This document shows positions 11,916 through 27,100 of a stretch of DNA of 64,000 bases, piece after piece (within the stretch, counting starts at the first letter, position 1; each line of letters opens with the position of its first letter). The DNA is from Antedon mediterranea (Eukaryota > Animalia > Echinodermata), in the NCBI RefSeq assembly GCF_964355755.1, contig NC_092673.1:17729648-17793647 (forward strand), written 5' to 3'. The position numbers and the translations under genes were made by a program. A model generated the notes under the pieces. The model saw only the letters and a program-made list of their open reading frames with translations. It was not told the origin of the DNA and searched no databases.

Positions 11916-13542
11916 AAAATTTTGGAATCAACTAGTTTTCATTACAAACGATAAAGATTTGATTTCTTTTCCCAAATGAAGAAGAATGCCTAGATCAAAA
12001 CTAGAAAATTAGCATTTATGATATAATTCACAGGTTCAGATGGCAATAGATTAAATAATCCACTGGGATTGTGAAAAACCTTATTTTTTATGATTTGAAC
12101 ATTGCAAATAAATTAGAAAAATTATTTTGCCATTACGATAAAAATACACAAAAATGCAAACTTTAAAATTCCTTTGAATTAACAATATTGAATAAATTAG
12201 GCCACACTTTTTTTTTTATGGAACTTCATTTTTCACATCAAATCAATCTCTTTATTCATCAATACATCAAAACAATTATACATAAACAAAATAAAGATGT
12301 GAAGATGAAAGGGACCTCCAAGAAACCCAAAGGGGCTTGTGATAAAAGGCCCACTATAAGCTAGTTACAAAAAAAACATACAAAAAATAAATTAATAAAA
12401 TTAATAAAAATCCTGTATAGACAAATACACGGGATGCGCATTGTTAAGGAATATTTGAACTTTATTAATTGCATATAAATGTAAATGTAGAATTTTTTTT
12501 TTTTAATGTAATCTATTTTATATATAATGGTATTATTTAAAATATGTATTCGCAATCGAGGCAAACAATTTACGATAGGAGGAGATAAATATTGAATTTA
12601 ACAAGGCCATATAGATGTCTGCAGTCGCTTGCTCAAGTTAGTGTTTACCAACCGACCGACATAGTGAGTTGTAGAGTGGCGTTGCACGTGACTAAAAATG
12701 TAATTTCCTTGTTAAATCCCATTTTTTGTTTCCACAATGAATGAATTTTCTTCACATACTTTTAAGCCAGCTTAAGAATACTATTTCTCTGTATGTGAAA
12801 TTAAGCATCATACATAATGTATTTTACCTTGGCTCCTACAATTGTATTATCTTACGACTTACTTCCCATGCAAATAGGCACAAAATAATAAGTAATATTT
12901 GAGCATAAACGCTTAAATAATTTAAAAAGTTGTTATAAATTAATGAGCTTTCAGTAGAGTACTTACACACAGAATAATAGAATATTGCATTCATATTTTG
13001 TTTCTTTTTCTTCCCAACTTTTTGTTACTTTTTTCTGGGAGCCTAGGCTTAAAGTTTTATACTTTTAAGGTTTCCTTCCACACATACTATGTTTTATTAA
13101 TTATTATCTTACATGTTTATATAATTATTATTATATGTATTTTTAATATGTGTGGAGAATATTTATTTAATATCTATTGAATATTGCATAAACGAATTGA
13201 ATTGAATTGCAAATAGTTATCCTTGGCTTGGTGTAGGCCTACTATAAAAGGTTGAGAATACAGAACCAAAACTGATAGTAATGTATGACAAAGTGAACAA
13301 ACTTTTATAGTCTAAGGAACTTTCTTAGCCAATACATACAAGATTAAACCATTAGGTAAGAGTTAATTAAAAAATATATTTCAAAGACCCATTCCCTACA
13401 ATTTTCGACGTTTTGTAAAAATAATGCAATATTACTGTACTTTAAAAGCATTAAACCAGGTTATTCCTTGTCTTAGATGTACGTTTTATGGTAATTTATG
13501 ATAAAATGAGAGAAACAATGCACTACCTAAGTAGCTCGCAGT

Positions 13543-14730
13543 TTATTTATTATTATAAAGTTGATTAAAATCATTAATAAACTTATATTTTTTTTCAACT
13601 TTCTGATCGTAACATTTAAAAGGAAATCTATTTTTATCCATTTCAGTGATTTGTAACCAATAACGAAAAATAGAAATAAAGCAATCAATGTTTAAGGATA
13701 GTCTGCCTAATTCTGATTTGACAGCCACGCTGTGCGCTGTTTCCAATGCCTAAAATAAATCTTGAAAAACGTGTCAGTAAATGATCAATTGGTGATAAAT
13801 TCGAAAATCCCCATGTCTCACTCCCGTAAATTAAAATTGGTAAACCTTTGTCAAAAATGTGTTTCCATATATTCTCTGGTAGGTATTTTGTTTTGCTATT
13901 AATTGATTGTAAATTGATTGTAAATAGTACGTACGTTATTTGCTTTTTGCCAATTGTGTTCAATTGTTTTATTCCACTGACCATTTGAATTGAAAACCAC
14001 TTCCAAGTAAGTATACGATTTAACAACTTCCATTTTAATGTTTATCTAATACCATTTTTCATATTTTCTTAATTTTTCACCTTTTTTAAATACCATTATT
14101 TTTTATTTGTGTACATTTACACTAAGACCCCATGTGTCACAAAATATTTCCAATATAATTATTAAATGTTGTAAGCCTTTACTGTGTCTGCGAATAGTAA
14201 TAAATCAGCAGCATTATTAGCAGATGGTTTATAAAGCAATCCCCGAATGGTATTTTTTCGTTATTTTGATTTAGCTAGTAATTCATAAATATATTAAATA
14301 GAGATGATGGCAGGGGTGACCCTTGTTGTATTCCAATTGAACATTCAAATAGGAGCATTAATGAGTTTCCTATTTTTACATGCGCTAATAATTGGAAACT
14401 AAATAATAATATATATGACGTCATATATATTATTATTTACGCCTATTCTTCTTAATTTTAATAATAGAAAATTATGATTTATACTGTCAAGTGCACGTTT
14501 GAGATCAACGAAGCAACCAATTATTCTATCCCTTTTTTTACGTAGATATTTTTGAATTATGCTGTTAAGAATGAAAATATTATCTAATATGCGGAATCCC
14601 TTGCGAAAACCCGATTTTTCTTGTTAAATAATGTTATTGTTTTCAGTATCGTTAGTTATTCTAGTGTTAAGGATGTTTAAAAATATTTTGCCAAGAATTG
14701 GAATTAGAGAAATGCCCCTACATTAAGTAC
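13543..14730 (-). mobile_element. Degenerate LINE reverse transcriptase remnant
   Basis: Minus-strand fragments IFDKGLPILIYGSETWGF, AVKSELGRLSL and IGIQQGSPL; many stops and frameshifts. Confidence 0.7.
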
Positions 14731-15767
14731 TAGGCTAGGCTTACCAAATATTTATTTTGTTTTCAAATTTAGCGCCAGCTGAACCGCCGCTAATAACTAA
14801 TTGTAATGTATATTCATTACATTGGTAGTGGGCGGGGGGCGGTGTTCTTCTAAACACCAAGCCCTTCAAAGTATAAAAGCTCTACCAAGTGTATAAAGTG
14901 TATATTTTACAAAATATTTATATTATACAAACATGTAGAGTGTTCATTGCATTTTATCAATAAATACATTTAGAGCAATTATGACACATTGTACATTCTA
15001 GGCTGATTTTTATTTTTTTACAATTAATATTTACAAAAGTGTAGCGTACACACATAATGGGGAACTAACGACTGGGGACAATGAGCACATTTTCTGAGCG
15101 TGCCTTAGTAGGACCAGAAAAACGCCCTTATTGTAAGCCTTTAAAGGTGCAATTCCAGATCTATATTGACAAAATTGTTTGACATCAGCCTAAACCATGG
15201 CAGGGTTCGAGTTATGACAAACAGGTATAAAAACAAAATTGGTTACTGGTCATAAAACAGAATATAAATAAAAACATTCAAAAAGTTCAAAGCATATTGA
15301 AAACTTACGATAGATGTTTTTAATCGCATTTCCTACTGCCTAATTCTGAATCATACCAGTTATTCATTTCAGGATTACTTTATTTTCACTTTACCCATTG
15401 AAACCATGCTAATCAACCGTATGTTGCTATAATTTCAACGATTTAGATTCAGGATCGCTGTCAAAAAATGTTGCATAACGTCTATATGTTTGGATGAGTT
15501 TGATTTTTTTTAGGACATAATTTAAATTAATAACTGTAGTTGTAATAACTGTATACATTGTAGTTAAAAATATACATTGTTATTATTATAGTATATTCAG
15601 AATGAATGATTGCTTGTACACAATCACCCACAAGTGTTTGTAAGGCTTTGTATCGCACAGAGCCTTATACAACCTTATACCATTGAAAAAAAAAAGCTAT
15701 GACTTTTAATATAGTGTTTTTTATGAAAATTAAATATGTAATATTTTGGTTTTGTGCATTTTTTTAG

Positions 15768-15860
15768 ATTTACCAAGTACTGTTGATGAGCAATTTCAAA
15801 CACAATTTCAGAAACAGACAAGTGATGAACAGAAAACAAAACTTCTTAAGCCAGAGAGTG
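15768..15860 (+). CDS. Candidate linker exon of ROCO gene 1 (93 nt; phase 1-1 reads DLPSTVDEQFQTQFQKQTSDEQKTKLLKPES)
   Basis: Polypyrimidine tttttttAG acceptor and GTAAGT donor. Open in phase 1, which fits acceptor 20994, and also in phase 0, which fits acceptor 20954. Confidence 0.55.
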
Positions 15861-17278
15861 GTAAGTTTAAGAATAAGAGCTGCTGTATGTTTTATGATTG
15901 TATCTATATATAATTTAACAGAATTGTGATTAAAATGGGATTTCAGTAGAGAGAATTAGACGCTAATGTTATTTAAAAAATCATTTCTGAGCGGTACTGT
16001 AAAAAGGCGAAAAAGTGTGCAACTGATAACAAATAACAAATGGAGAGATTTTATTTATCATAAATAATAACAGTTGATTGTTTCCATTTAAAATACTGTA
16101 ATACTGGAATGAAGCTAGTTTGCAGATTTATGTGCCATGCTTTCTTGATTTTTGCTTGATTGTTGATTTTTAGGTTATATGCATTATCATGCGATTTAAC
16201 AAAATCACGTTTGTAATCATATCTTCACAAGCATGAATCACTTTTAAACAAAATTTGGTACTCATAAATTTCAGGTCATTATTTCATCATATGACAATAC
16301 AATTACGTGCGTAGCGCATATAACGCATGCGTACGCGCGCTTAAAATTTCCAAAATCGTCAAAATTTATTTTCGATGAAATTAGAGTACGTTTCAGGCAA
16401 TTTTAAGCATTTAAAAAATTGCCATGAGTGCACAGATTTTTGCACGCGCACTGCTTGTTAAACGTTAATGCACACTCTTTTTGTCCGATTTCTGTTGTAC
16501 AACCTTTCTTTAATAATATCATCATATTTTATTCACTTTTCAACTCGAATTTGCGTTTTCTTACGAGCACGTCAAAAGTGACAGGCTACGCACGTGTAAC
16601 AAAATGGTGAAAATATGCTAAATTAAAAAAATAATATAGATCGTAAGAATGCTCGGGAACACATATTTTTTATTTCATTTTCTTGAAGTGTATGTATCAT
16701 ATGTATGATTTATTATGAAATTAAGAGTACAAAAGTTGATAAAGTCATCATTAATTGCATTTTAAAATTTAAAAAATTTATTTCGACAATCAAAAATTTA
16801 TGACATTTTCTTAGGCCGAAATAACAAACTTTAACTTTCTTCCTTCAAAATAAAAGTTCATATATTAAAGGTAAAAGTATATAGTTTGACAGTGCATCGT
16901 TTTTTTAACATTTTTAAAGATGTCATCATAGTAAAAAATTATAATTCATTGCGGTATGTCATAATCTATCTGCGCCAAAGTGGTTACTGCATAGTAAATA
17001 CACGGAGGAATCTTTCTACAACTTTTAGTCAGTTGTGTATGGCTCGGTGGTCTGTGCTCGTGAAATAAGATTTTTTTTTATTATCCATATTGTTTGTTCA
17101 ATTTTATTTTTTAGTGTATAGATTATACACATAATTTATAATGAAATCTAGATAAAATGTAAGTAATGTCTTTATTATTATGTAACAATGTGATTTATGA
17201 CATTATACGCAGAGGGATCTTTGATCGGATTGTGATACCGGCTATTGTATTCCCGTTAGCAAGATCCTATATTATAAA

Positions 17279-20200
17279 CTAGATTTGAACTCGTCACTTT
17301 GACGAGTTAGTTATCCGCACGACAAACGCCACGCGCACGTCATACGTTGGAATTTTGCACACGGAAAAAGATTATGGCTGTCATATTATTGATGTTGTGA
17401 TTCTCTGTGTTTAGAGAAGGATGCTTTAGACCAGGTCCGCCTTATTATTAGCCAATCAAAATCGTATAATTTTTAGAGGGAAAATGTTATCCTCCTCTGA
17501 AGCCTAAAATTTGCATATCCAGTATAAAAGTAGAATGTAATAGATATTAGAGGAGAAGAGAGAATAAGATCAGAGTAGATAAACGGAAAGATGATAAAGA
17601 AAATAAGGCTTGACTGGTACAGTGGTAGAAAGATGTATTAATAGAGTTACAAGGAATAAAAGTTCTAGTTGAGTTAAATATACTTTTTGTATGAGTTATC
17701 ATTCAGTGACAGTGTACGTCGCGTGGAGTTATATATATACGCCTGAGAAAGCTCGGAACCAACTAAAATAAATTCACTACAATGGCATTATGACCTGAAT
17801 TTAAGAATATTATATGCTGTTAGTGCTGAATTCTGTCAATTTTGTGTCATATAGTATATACAGTGCAAACGGTATAATCTGTATACATGTTACATACAGT
17901 GTAGAATAGGTGAAATTACGGGACCCCCCGTTTATTCCTATTTTTAACATGGCGACGGTATCAAAATGAAACACTAAGATAGCAATTTGAGAAGGAAATT
18001 ATCTCAGTAACAACATATTAACGTGCAGAAGAAATTTGAATACATGAAATATTGATGCTTGCTCTTTTAAATGTAATGAATTATGACGCAAAAGATGAAA
18101 ATACAAGTTTTTTTATTTAACTGGCCATATGATGACGTCACAACATCCGATTTGCAACATTTTCTCATGATTTCGTATCTACAATCCAATAGCTTCCAGA
18201 AAACGTTTTAATCGTGATTATCACATTTTATTTGTACGAGCTATAACAGATTAACATTTACTGTAAAGATGAAATTAATGGCACACGTAATTTAAATGTT
18301 TAGGCATGATGACGTCATACAAATTAAAATATTTTTAACTCATGCGAAGGATAGTTGATTGACCTAGACAATATCGAAATCGGGGTGAAAATGGAAAACG
18401 GATAAGTGGAGATGCGCTCTATTAAATGTGATGCGCTATGACAAAAGAGACAAAATCCCTATATTTTATATTCGAGTGGCCATACGATGACGTCACATAG
18501 TCCAGTTAGCCATATTAATGCATGATCCGATATCTACAACTCATCAACTTCCAGAATATGTAATAACAATAATTTTCACCGTTTAGTTGAGAAGCTACGA
18601 CGGTTTAAAAAAATGCATCATTTTGACGAATTTTTGAACTTTTTCATAAAAAACGCGCGCAAATTATCCAATTCGACGTGCTCGTATGACGTAATTTTAA
18701 GCCGAAATTGTTTAAAATTTGGTAAAAGTACTGAAAAAGGCTGGAAAAACATAAATCATGCGGAAAAAGTATGTTATCAACGCTACGTGCGCACCGCGCG
18801 CGTGGTAATTTTTGACATGCTCAAAATTACATGAAACGCGTAGAAAGTTGATTAGAAATTATTTTTTCGCATTTTAACATTTTAAACGCACGTGCGCGCG
18901 TAACTTTGTGTAAAACATGTCATTTTTAGTGCACAAAAAGTTAGCGCAAGATATAAATTAAACTTTTGCTGAGTTTCAATTTAAATTGTTATATGGTTTT
19001 CGATCTATGTTAAATACGCGAAATTCATAAAATCGCGCGTAAGTCACTTTGCGCATTTCTGACGTCATTCACAAAAGTGGCTGCACAACTTCACGTAAAT
19101 GCGCACATGTTGACAAAGTTATAAAATGTTAGCTTTACACGTTTTAGAGATAAGCTCTGCACAAAAATGACAGAAAGAAAGAAGAATAATACAGAAAAAC
19201 TAGATTTGAACTCGTCACTTTGACGAGTTCGGGTTATCCGCGCATACGCAACATGCACATACTTTAAACTATATGAACCTCGACAATTATTATGCCATCC
19301 TATGACATGAAATAAATATGTTTACAGTGCTGAATTGTACCTATTTTGTAGCATACATCATGTTACAGTATTTACAGAATACACTGTATGTTATATACAG
19401 TGTAGCATAGACGGAATTTCGAGACCTATCTTTTAAATCCAATTATTAACACGATGACATCATCAAATTGACATAAAAATAACACTTTTAGAAGATAATT
19501 ATCTAATTAATTACATTAATACAAATTTAAAGAATTTTGGTCACGTAAAAGTGAGATGCGCTCTCGTTTAAACGCAATGAACTTTTACGCAAGAGGTGAA
19601 AATATGACTTTTTGAATTCAACTGGCCATATGATGACGTCACAACATCTGATTGACAAAATATTCACATGAATTCGTATCTACAATCCAATAGCTTCAAG
19701 AAAACGTTTTAATAATGATTATCACTTATAACTCTGACGAGCTATAACCGATTGAAATTTACTGTAAAGATAAAAATAAGTGACCCACGTTATTTACATT
19801 TTTAGACATGATGACGTCATAAAAATTAAAATATTTTTAACTCATGCGAGAGAGAGTTGATTGACCTAGACAGTATTAAAATATATGAGGAAATGGAATA
19901 CGTATAAGCGATATGCGCTCTATTTAATGTAATGAGCAATAACGAAACAGTAAAAAAACCAATATTTTACATTTGTGTGGCCATACGATGACGTCATAAC
20001 ATCCGAGGGGTAAAGATTCTGCATGAATTCATATCTACAACATATCTGCTTACATATTAAATTTTAAAAAATGGGGGTAACGGTTGATCCTGAGGAGCTA
20101 TAATAGATTCAAAGTAGGCATAATTTTGACAATATTTTGTCTTTTTTGCAACTAAAACGCACGCAAATTGTCTAAATCAACGTGTTCGTATGACGTCATT

Positions 20201-20834
20201 TTAATTTGAAATGATGTCAATCTTTTTTAAAATGACTAGGAAAGGCTGGAAAATCATAATTCAAGAGAAAAAAACATGATTTTCATGCACCGTGCGCACC
20301 ATACGCGTAAATTTTTTCGCACGCGCGGGAATTTTTGACATGCTCAAAATGTCATGATCAGCGTAGAAAGTTGATTAGAAATTAATTTTGCGCATTTTGA
20401 AACTTTAAATGCGCGTGCGCGCGTAACTTCTTGTAAAACATGTCATTTTTAATCCATAGAAAATTGACCCATGATATGAATTATAATTTTATTAAGTTTC
20501 ATGAAACAATATTTGTTGGTTCTAAAGTTATGATCAGTTATAGAAATTCATAAAATCGCGCGTAACTTACGCAACGCGTATCTGACATCGTCCAAAAGCT
20601 TGGCTGCACATCTACCCTTCAATGTCAATCTTTTTACCAAGTTATACAAAGTTATGTTCACAAGCAATAGAGATATGCTGGTCACAAAATCCGGGAAAGA
20701 AAGAATAACAAAGAAGATGAAAAAAAAGATATTTACAATCACATGGGTTATCCTGCAACTAAGTTGCGGATAACCAAAAAAAAAAAGATGAAACAGGACA
20801 GTTACAAGGAGTTATCCGCTGAATGCGGATAACT
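17279..20834 (+). mobile_element. Helentron-type non-autonomous element with a related element nested at 19200-20775
   Basis: Both begin CTAGATTTGAACTCGTCACTTTGACGAGTT (hairpin) plus GTTATCCGC, and end in GTTATCC...GCGGATAAC hairpins. An inverted copy lies at 45088-46684. Confidence 0.75.
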
Positions 20835-20993
20835 AATAATTAAAGATTCTGAGAAAATCAATCAATCAATATATCTTTTAAAAATCAATTATCTTTATTT
20901 AAATCAATGCATATAACCAAATTCTAGTTTTTTTTTAACTTTATTTACTCCAGATGTTTAAAAAATCTATTAAAATCTTGATTCAATTTTCAG

Positions 20994-21141
20994 ATATTGC
21001 TGCACGTGAATTAGATTTTCAGAAAGCATACAATGAAGCCTTGAAAGATGGATCCGTTCCAGTCAATCTTGGAATGCTTAAAGTGATTGGGCAAGAAGGA
21101 GTTGGTAAAACATGCCTCATAAATGCATGTCTTGGAAAAGA
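20994..21141 (+). CDS. ROCO gene 1 exon with the Roc P-loop (GQEGVGKT)
   Basis: AYNEALKDG...LKVIGQEGVGKTCLINACLG; ttttcAG acceptor and GTAAGT donor. Confidence 0.9.
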
Positions 21142-24100
21142 GTAAGTAGTAGTAGTAGGACAGTGAAATGAACATTACAAAATATTTGTGAGTCAACTAA
21201 GAATTACAAACCAGCCAACTTTTATTGATTTGATTTTGATAAACTACCACTTTTTAAATATTGCAGTGATAGATAACAATAGTTGAATAAAAACGTCTAT
21301 AAATATATAAATCGGTTTCTACAATAATCATAAAACCATCAAATTTTCTATAGAATATAGAATTTGCTTTTAGGCTTGTATTTAAAAAAAAGATCATACG
21401 AATGGTCGGATAACTTGACTTCCTAAATGTATAATTAATGAATATATTAAAATGGTTTTGAAGTAAAAGGAGAAAAGTGAATGTTTTACAGTACCTGTAC
21501 TTAAAATGACTGAAGTTCATTGTTGGTTTCAAATAATTTTGCCAGATTTGAGGAAAAGCATGTACTTACAGATGGCATAGCGGTGATAAGAACAGCAAGC
21601 ACAACATGGACAGAGGCTAAAGCTGATAGTGGTAAACATGAATACAAATTAGCATATTACTCTTCCCATCATCATACGTTATGTAACCATATTTATCAAT
21701 AATTATTATCATAGACACAAACAAGTCCACAATGAAATGGAGACATAGAATGGAATTCAATAAATGTATACAACCGTAGTATGGATTCAACAGTCATATT
21801 TTCACATACATTACAATTGTTACTCTATGATCCCTTTATAACGCACACATTCTTTGATGATGTACTGTAATTGTAATTTTACTTCGACAGTAGTAAAATA
21901 TCCAAAGTATAGTCACATATGAACGTATGTGCTGAAATAATATGTACACACTTTCTCTTTCTCTACAGGTGATCCTTCAAAACAGTATACGAAAATGGTC
22001 ACTGACAAATTGAGAGCAAAGGAAACTGTAAGCGTATGTCAGTAATAATAGGGTGGTTTCGCAACCATACGAATACGATAACGAAAACGGATACGTCACA
22101 CATTTGTGAAACTTTTGAGCTGATCCCCATTTCATATTCGTAAGGCGTATTTGTGTTGACGAATATCACCAGTCATATTCGTAACTCCAAAACGAGTATA
22201 GTTTTTGATCTATTTTGCACATTTTGCATTTGAATTAGGAATGATTCATGATTATAATATAATTATGGATTTATTGAAAGTAATTTACTAAAGTAATTCA
22301 CTAAAATGCCAGGTCAATTTAGATAAATAGCAGTTTTTAAAGTCCTCACTCGCTTTGATGTTACGCTAGGCCTAGGCAGCTGGCCAAGCACCAAGCAACA
22401 CATACCTGCGCTTCGCTCAAATTTACCGCAGTCATATTTTAGACGCGCCTCGATATTTCGTTGCCATGCGAAACAGATTTTTCTATGGCTTACGAAAACG
22501 AATACGTGTGCGTGACGTATCCGTTTTCGTTATCGTATTCGTAAGATTGCGAAACCTCTCTATTGAATTAAGTAGCACCTACAGGACTATTGCAAACCAG
22601 TCACTTAGGCTTTCTTTCTAAATGAGTCAATGAGGCATTATGAGCAGCTATTTCATTTTTATTTTTTTTGCTTCAATCCTTTTAAATTTACTCTAAAAAA
22701 TAATTTGGTTTTGCTTTTGAGAGTAAATAATATTAGTTTTCTCTTATATTAAATTGTAAACAATACTGTATTTAACTTTGAATAACATATATTTCTTTTT
22801 TATATCCATTTATTGTTTTTGTTTTATGTGTCAGATTGACATGAAACCACCTACAGATGATGATGATGGTATTGTTGTTGACTACAATAACTATGGCAAC
22901 AATGATGGTATGTAACTTTCCCTTAAATTCTAATTATAATTACACAAGACAAAAACATTCTAATTATTCTTACATTTTTGTAGTAAAAGCATTAATAAAT
23001 AAGTTGCAATTATCAGTTTGCAATTTCTGTCATATTAAACATCTATTGTCCCCAAAAAACATGAAAAATAAAGATTATTAAAATCAGACTTTGAATAGAT
23101 TATTTTGTAGTCAATCACTTCTGTAGAAAAAAAGGAAACACATATAAAATAACAAAAAATAAATGGTTAAATTCAAGCAAAAACCCATTGGCTGGCAGTC
23201 AATTTGAATATTTTTTGCTTAAAATTAAAGTTTTTTAGATACATTTTTTTTCAATCCAAATTTTGGTCAAAGTGGATAACTATTAGGTGACATTAAAATT
23301 GCATATTTTAAAAAAAATTGTAAGAATTATTTTTTCAAGGGGACATATTTAAGTTCATAGTTATTTAAAATAATAAGATTATTAATTAGATTTTCCTATT
23401 TAATGTAACTAAAGAAGTATAAAATTATGTTATCAGATTTATAACTTAGAGGCAACCTATCTGTGTAACAATTATGGTGACGGTAATTTAGAGAAAACAT
23501 GGTAGCGGCCATCCCACTCCTAGACAGTCCAAAGACGCTGTACATGCAGGCTTGATGGGCATTTTTCTTAGTTAGCAAAGTTAAAAAAAGATTAATCACC
23601 TAATTAAAACCTTAAAAGGGGCTTACAAAGATGCTTATATTTTTTTTTTTATGAATCTAGAAGAATCAAAGTGAATTCACAGTCTACACCTACTATATAA
23701 TATACATAAATATATACTGGGCTTATTTATACAAATGTGCAGATTAATAGTTTGTACATATTAAAGTATCCTTTCATATCTACCATCCCCTTTCGCTTAC
23801 CATCCCGGTGAGAAAGCTCACTATGATGATAATGAAGACAACTATATACTCATAGTAACTTTTTAACTGACTGATTAATTATGATGATTATAGATGATTA
23901 TAGGACTAAAACAATAATGCTTGTTATGCTGTTTGTAGAGTAGCCAAACAACTTGTTTCCACTACAGGTGCTTATACAGTTACTGAAGCTATCCCATTTG
24001 ATACAGAGCAGCAATTAGATAAAGATGCAATCAAGAATGTTGTTGAGGAAAATAAGGAAGAGACTTTTGAAGAAACATTTAACATCTATGATCATGGGGG

Positions 24101-27100
24101 ACAATTGATATACCATGGTATTCATCGGGTAAGTTACAAAAGATGTATTTGCTTTGTATTAGTTGATACTTTTTTGACATTGTTTAAATACTTTCTACAA
24201 AAGTTTAAAGAGTTTTATTACAATATATTTAAAGTGGGATTCCGGGTTTGAAATTACTATTAAAAAATATAAAATTTAGTTGTATAATGTCTCTTGGACG
24301 GTAACAATTTCACTTATTATAAGAGCCCGTTGAAGCAGAACAAAGGCTGTGAAGTGCAGCTATGCTAATATGTTACAGAGTATGAAAATGCTAAAATGAT
24401 TCATACTCACTAAATATATAATTTACTAAATTTCAATTTTCTGTATTTTTAGTAATTCTTTCCATTTATCTATTCAAAAATTTATGAAAAAAATGTGTAA
24501 AATGAGATACGTTTGCAATTCTTGCACTTAGAGTAGCCTTCAAAATCAATGAAATGTAACAATAACATATACAGACCTGCTGGGCGAGACTAGCATGTGC
24601 TCTGCAATGTATCATAGAGGGAGCAGATAGATTATATATTACATAAAATATACCGCAAACTGATCTGGGCAAGCATGCTCATCCTTAATCGCAACATGCA
24701 CAATGTATTTGATTTGAAGGTGGCTCCACCTAACGGAATGGTATAGATAATATAGCTCAAGCGAGAGATTTGGAATAAGTTTGTAAATATGTACAGTATT
24801 GTGTGCTAATAGGGACTTTAGGAAACACAGCGGTTAGGGAAGAGGGTAAAATCAGAAACAGTTGACATAGCTGTTTTATTAGTTTACGCACCCTTGCGAC
24901 CGGCAGTTTATCTCTGTCCCCTGTCTCATGGCGGTGGGCGCTTCTGAATCGCTTGGCTCTGGTGATGCAGCATAGGCCTAGCCTTTCTAGCCAGGGACCT
25001 CGCATTCAAACGCCGCTTTTAACACAGCCATTTTAACACAATAAAAAAGTTATTTAGTAAACAATAACATTTGAGTGAAATTTGAACTGTATATTTAAGG
25101 TTATATATACATTATTTATAGTCGTTCTCCGGAAACGAGAAAATGGTGACTTGACTTTATCTTTAAAAAGTTAAGATGACGGAATTTCACGCTATGCTCT
25201 GCCCACTTTGTTAAAGCTCATGCATAAATTATTCATGGCCACCGTGGACGGTTGGGACACGACCATAGACGATTGGGACACGACCACAATCGGACCATGT
25301 TTTGCCTCGATCACTTTATGTACATTTTTAGAGCGTTAGGTTATTAGATTATATAAAAAGAGTTGTTAGGATGGGCATAGGTAGGAAGCAATATGGGCAA
25401 ATTGTCTCGGCAGCCGGCTGGGCCCAACTAGTTTATGTTATGATAGCCATTGTGGCAGGCATGGAATTGCCCATTTTTTAAAAATGTACAGTAGTTAGGC
25501 CATTAAAGGCTATTGTTGGGCTATTGAAGCCAAGGCTACAGTAATAAACTGTACACAATTTTGTATTTCATTGAGTGCTAATAAATACATAGACCTACTG
25601 TACTGTTACAAATTTATATGATAAAAAAATCTAATACAAAAACTGTATTTCGCAATTATCTCACAACATGGGTAATCTCCGTTAACAACGTACGCAACAT
25701 GAGTTTGGAATCAACTTGATTCAATTTAGTAACGGAATTTGAACACTGCGAATTATAGTTATCTATCGTCCTCCTCCTAGCAAGAAAAATGGTTTCACCG
25801 TCTCACATTTCTTCAATGAGTTCTCTAACATGCTTGATACCATTGCATTAGTACATTCCGACTTGCTCATTGCCGGGGATTTCAACTTTCACCTTGACAA
25901 ATCCGAGAATAGGGAGGTTATGCAGTTTATGAGCCTTCTTAAAGTTTATGATCTTAATCAACATGTTAAGCAACCAACCCATGAGGCAGGTCATACTCTT
26001 GACCTGCTTATCACCAAATCAACTGACACTTTTCTAACTGATGTCAATGTGGGCATCCCACATATATCTGACCACTCAGCTGTACAATGTAAGTTACAGT
26101 TAAATAAACCGCCGCCAACTCAGAAAATAGTTTCTAGTCGTAACTACAAGAATCTCTGTGCTGACTCTGTTGTCAGCGAGTTACTACCACTAACACTGAC
26201 TGTATCTCTTCCATGTGACATTGATGATGCTATATGTATGTACAACTCTACATTGCGTTCAATCATAGATAAACTTGCTCCAACTAAGTCACGTCTGGTG
26301 ACTATTCGACCGCAAACTCCATGGTATACTGATGAGATACGAAAACAGAAAAAAGTAAGAAGGCAGCTGGAGAGGAAATGGCGTAAGACAGGTCTCGAAA
26401 CTGATTGGCATGCTTACACACATCAACGCCAATGTGTATCATCACATATTCATACTGCAAAGTTGGAATATCACTCAGCTCTAGTAAATAATGCTGTAGG
26501 CGACCAGAAGCAATTATTCAAAATTGTAAACACGTTACTGCATAGAGGAAATAAGACACCCTTACCTACCTGTAAGTCAACCAGTATTCTTGCTGAACGT
26601 TTTTCAGAGTTTTTTAATGAAAAGATCACTAAAATTCGATCAGGATTTCCTCAATCTGTTCTCCAAGATGCGCATACATTTAGTACAAGGGCTCCTTTAA
26701 GCTGTCAACTGTCTATTCTTGAACCAACCACAGATGAAGAGATCGAGAAATTGATCAAGGCATCCCCGATGAAGTCTTGTGAGCTAGATCCTATTCCAAC
26801 TTGGCTTTTAAGGGATTGCGCTCCTGTAATAGTTCCAGTGCTAATGAAATTAGTTAATCTTTCACTTATCACATCCACAGTACCGCAGAATTTAAAGAAA
26901 GCACATGTACGGCCTTTGCTGAAGAAGACTGGCCTCAACCCAGAAGTTCTTAAAAATTATAGACCGGTTTCAAATTTATCCTTTGTTTCGAAGCTTATTG
27001 AGCGTGTTGTTGCAGTTAGACTCTCTAATCATATGTCAAATCACAACCTCCATGAAACTTACCAATCAGCATACAAAGCTAACCACAGTGTGGAGACAGC

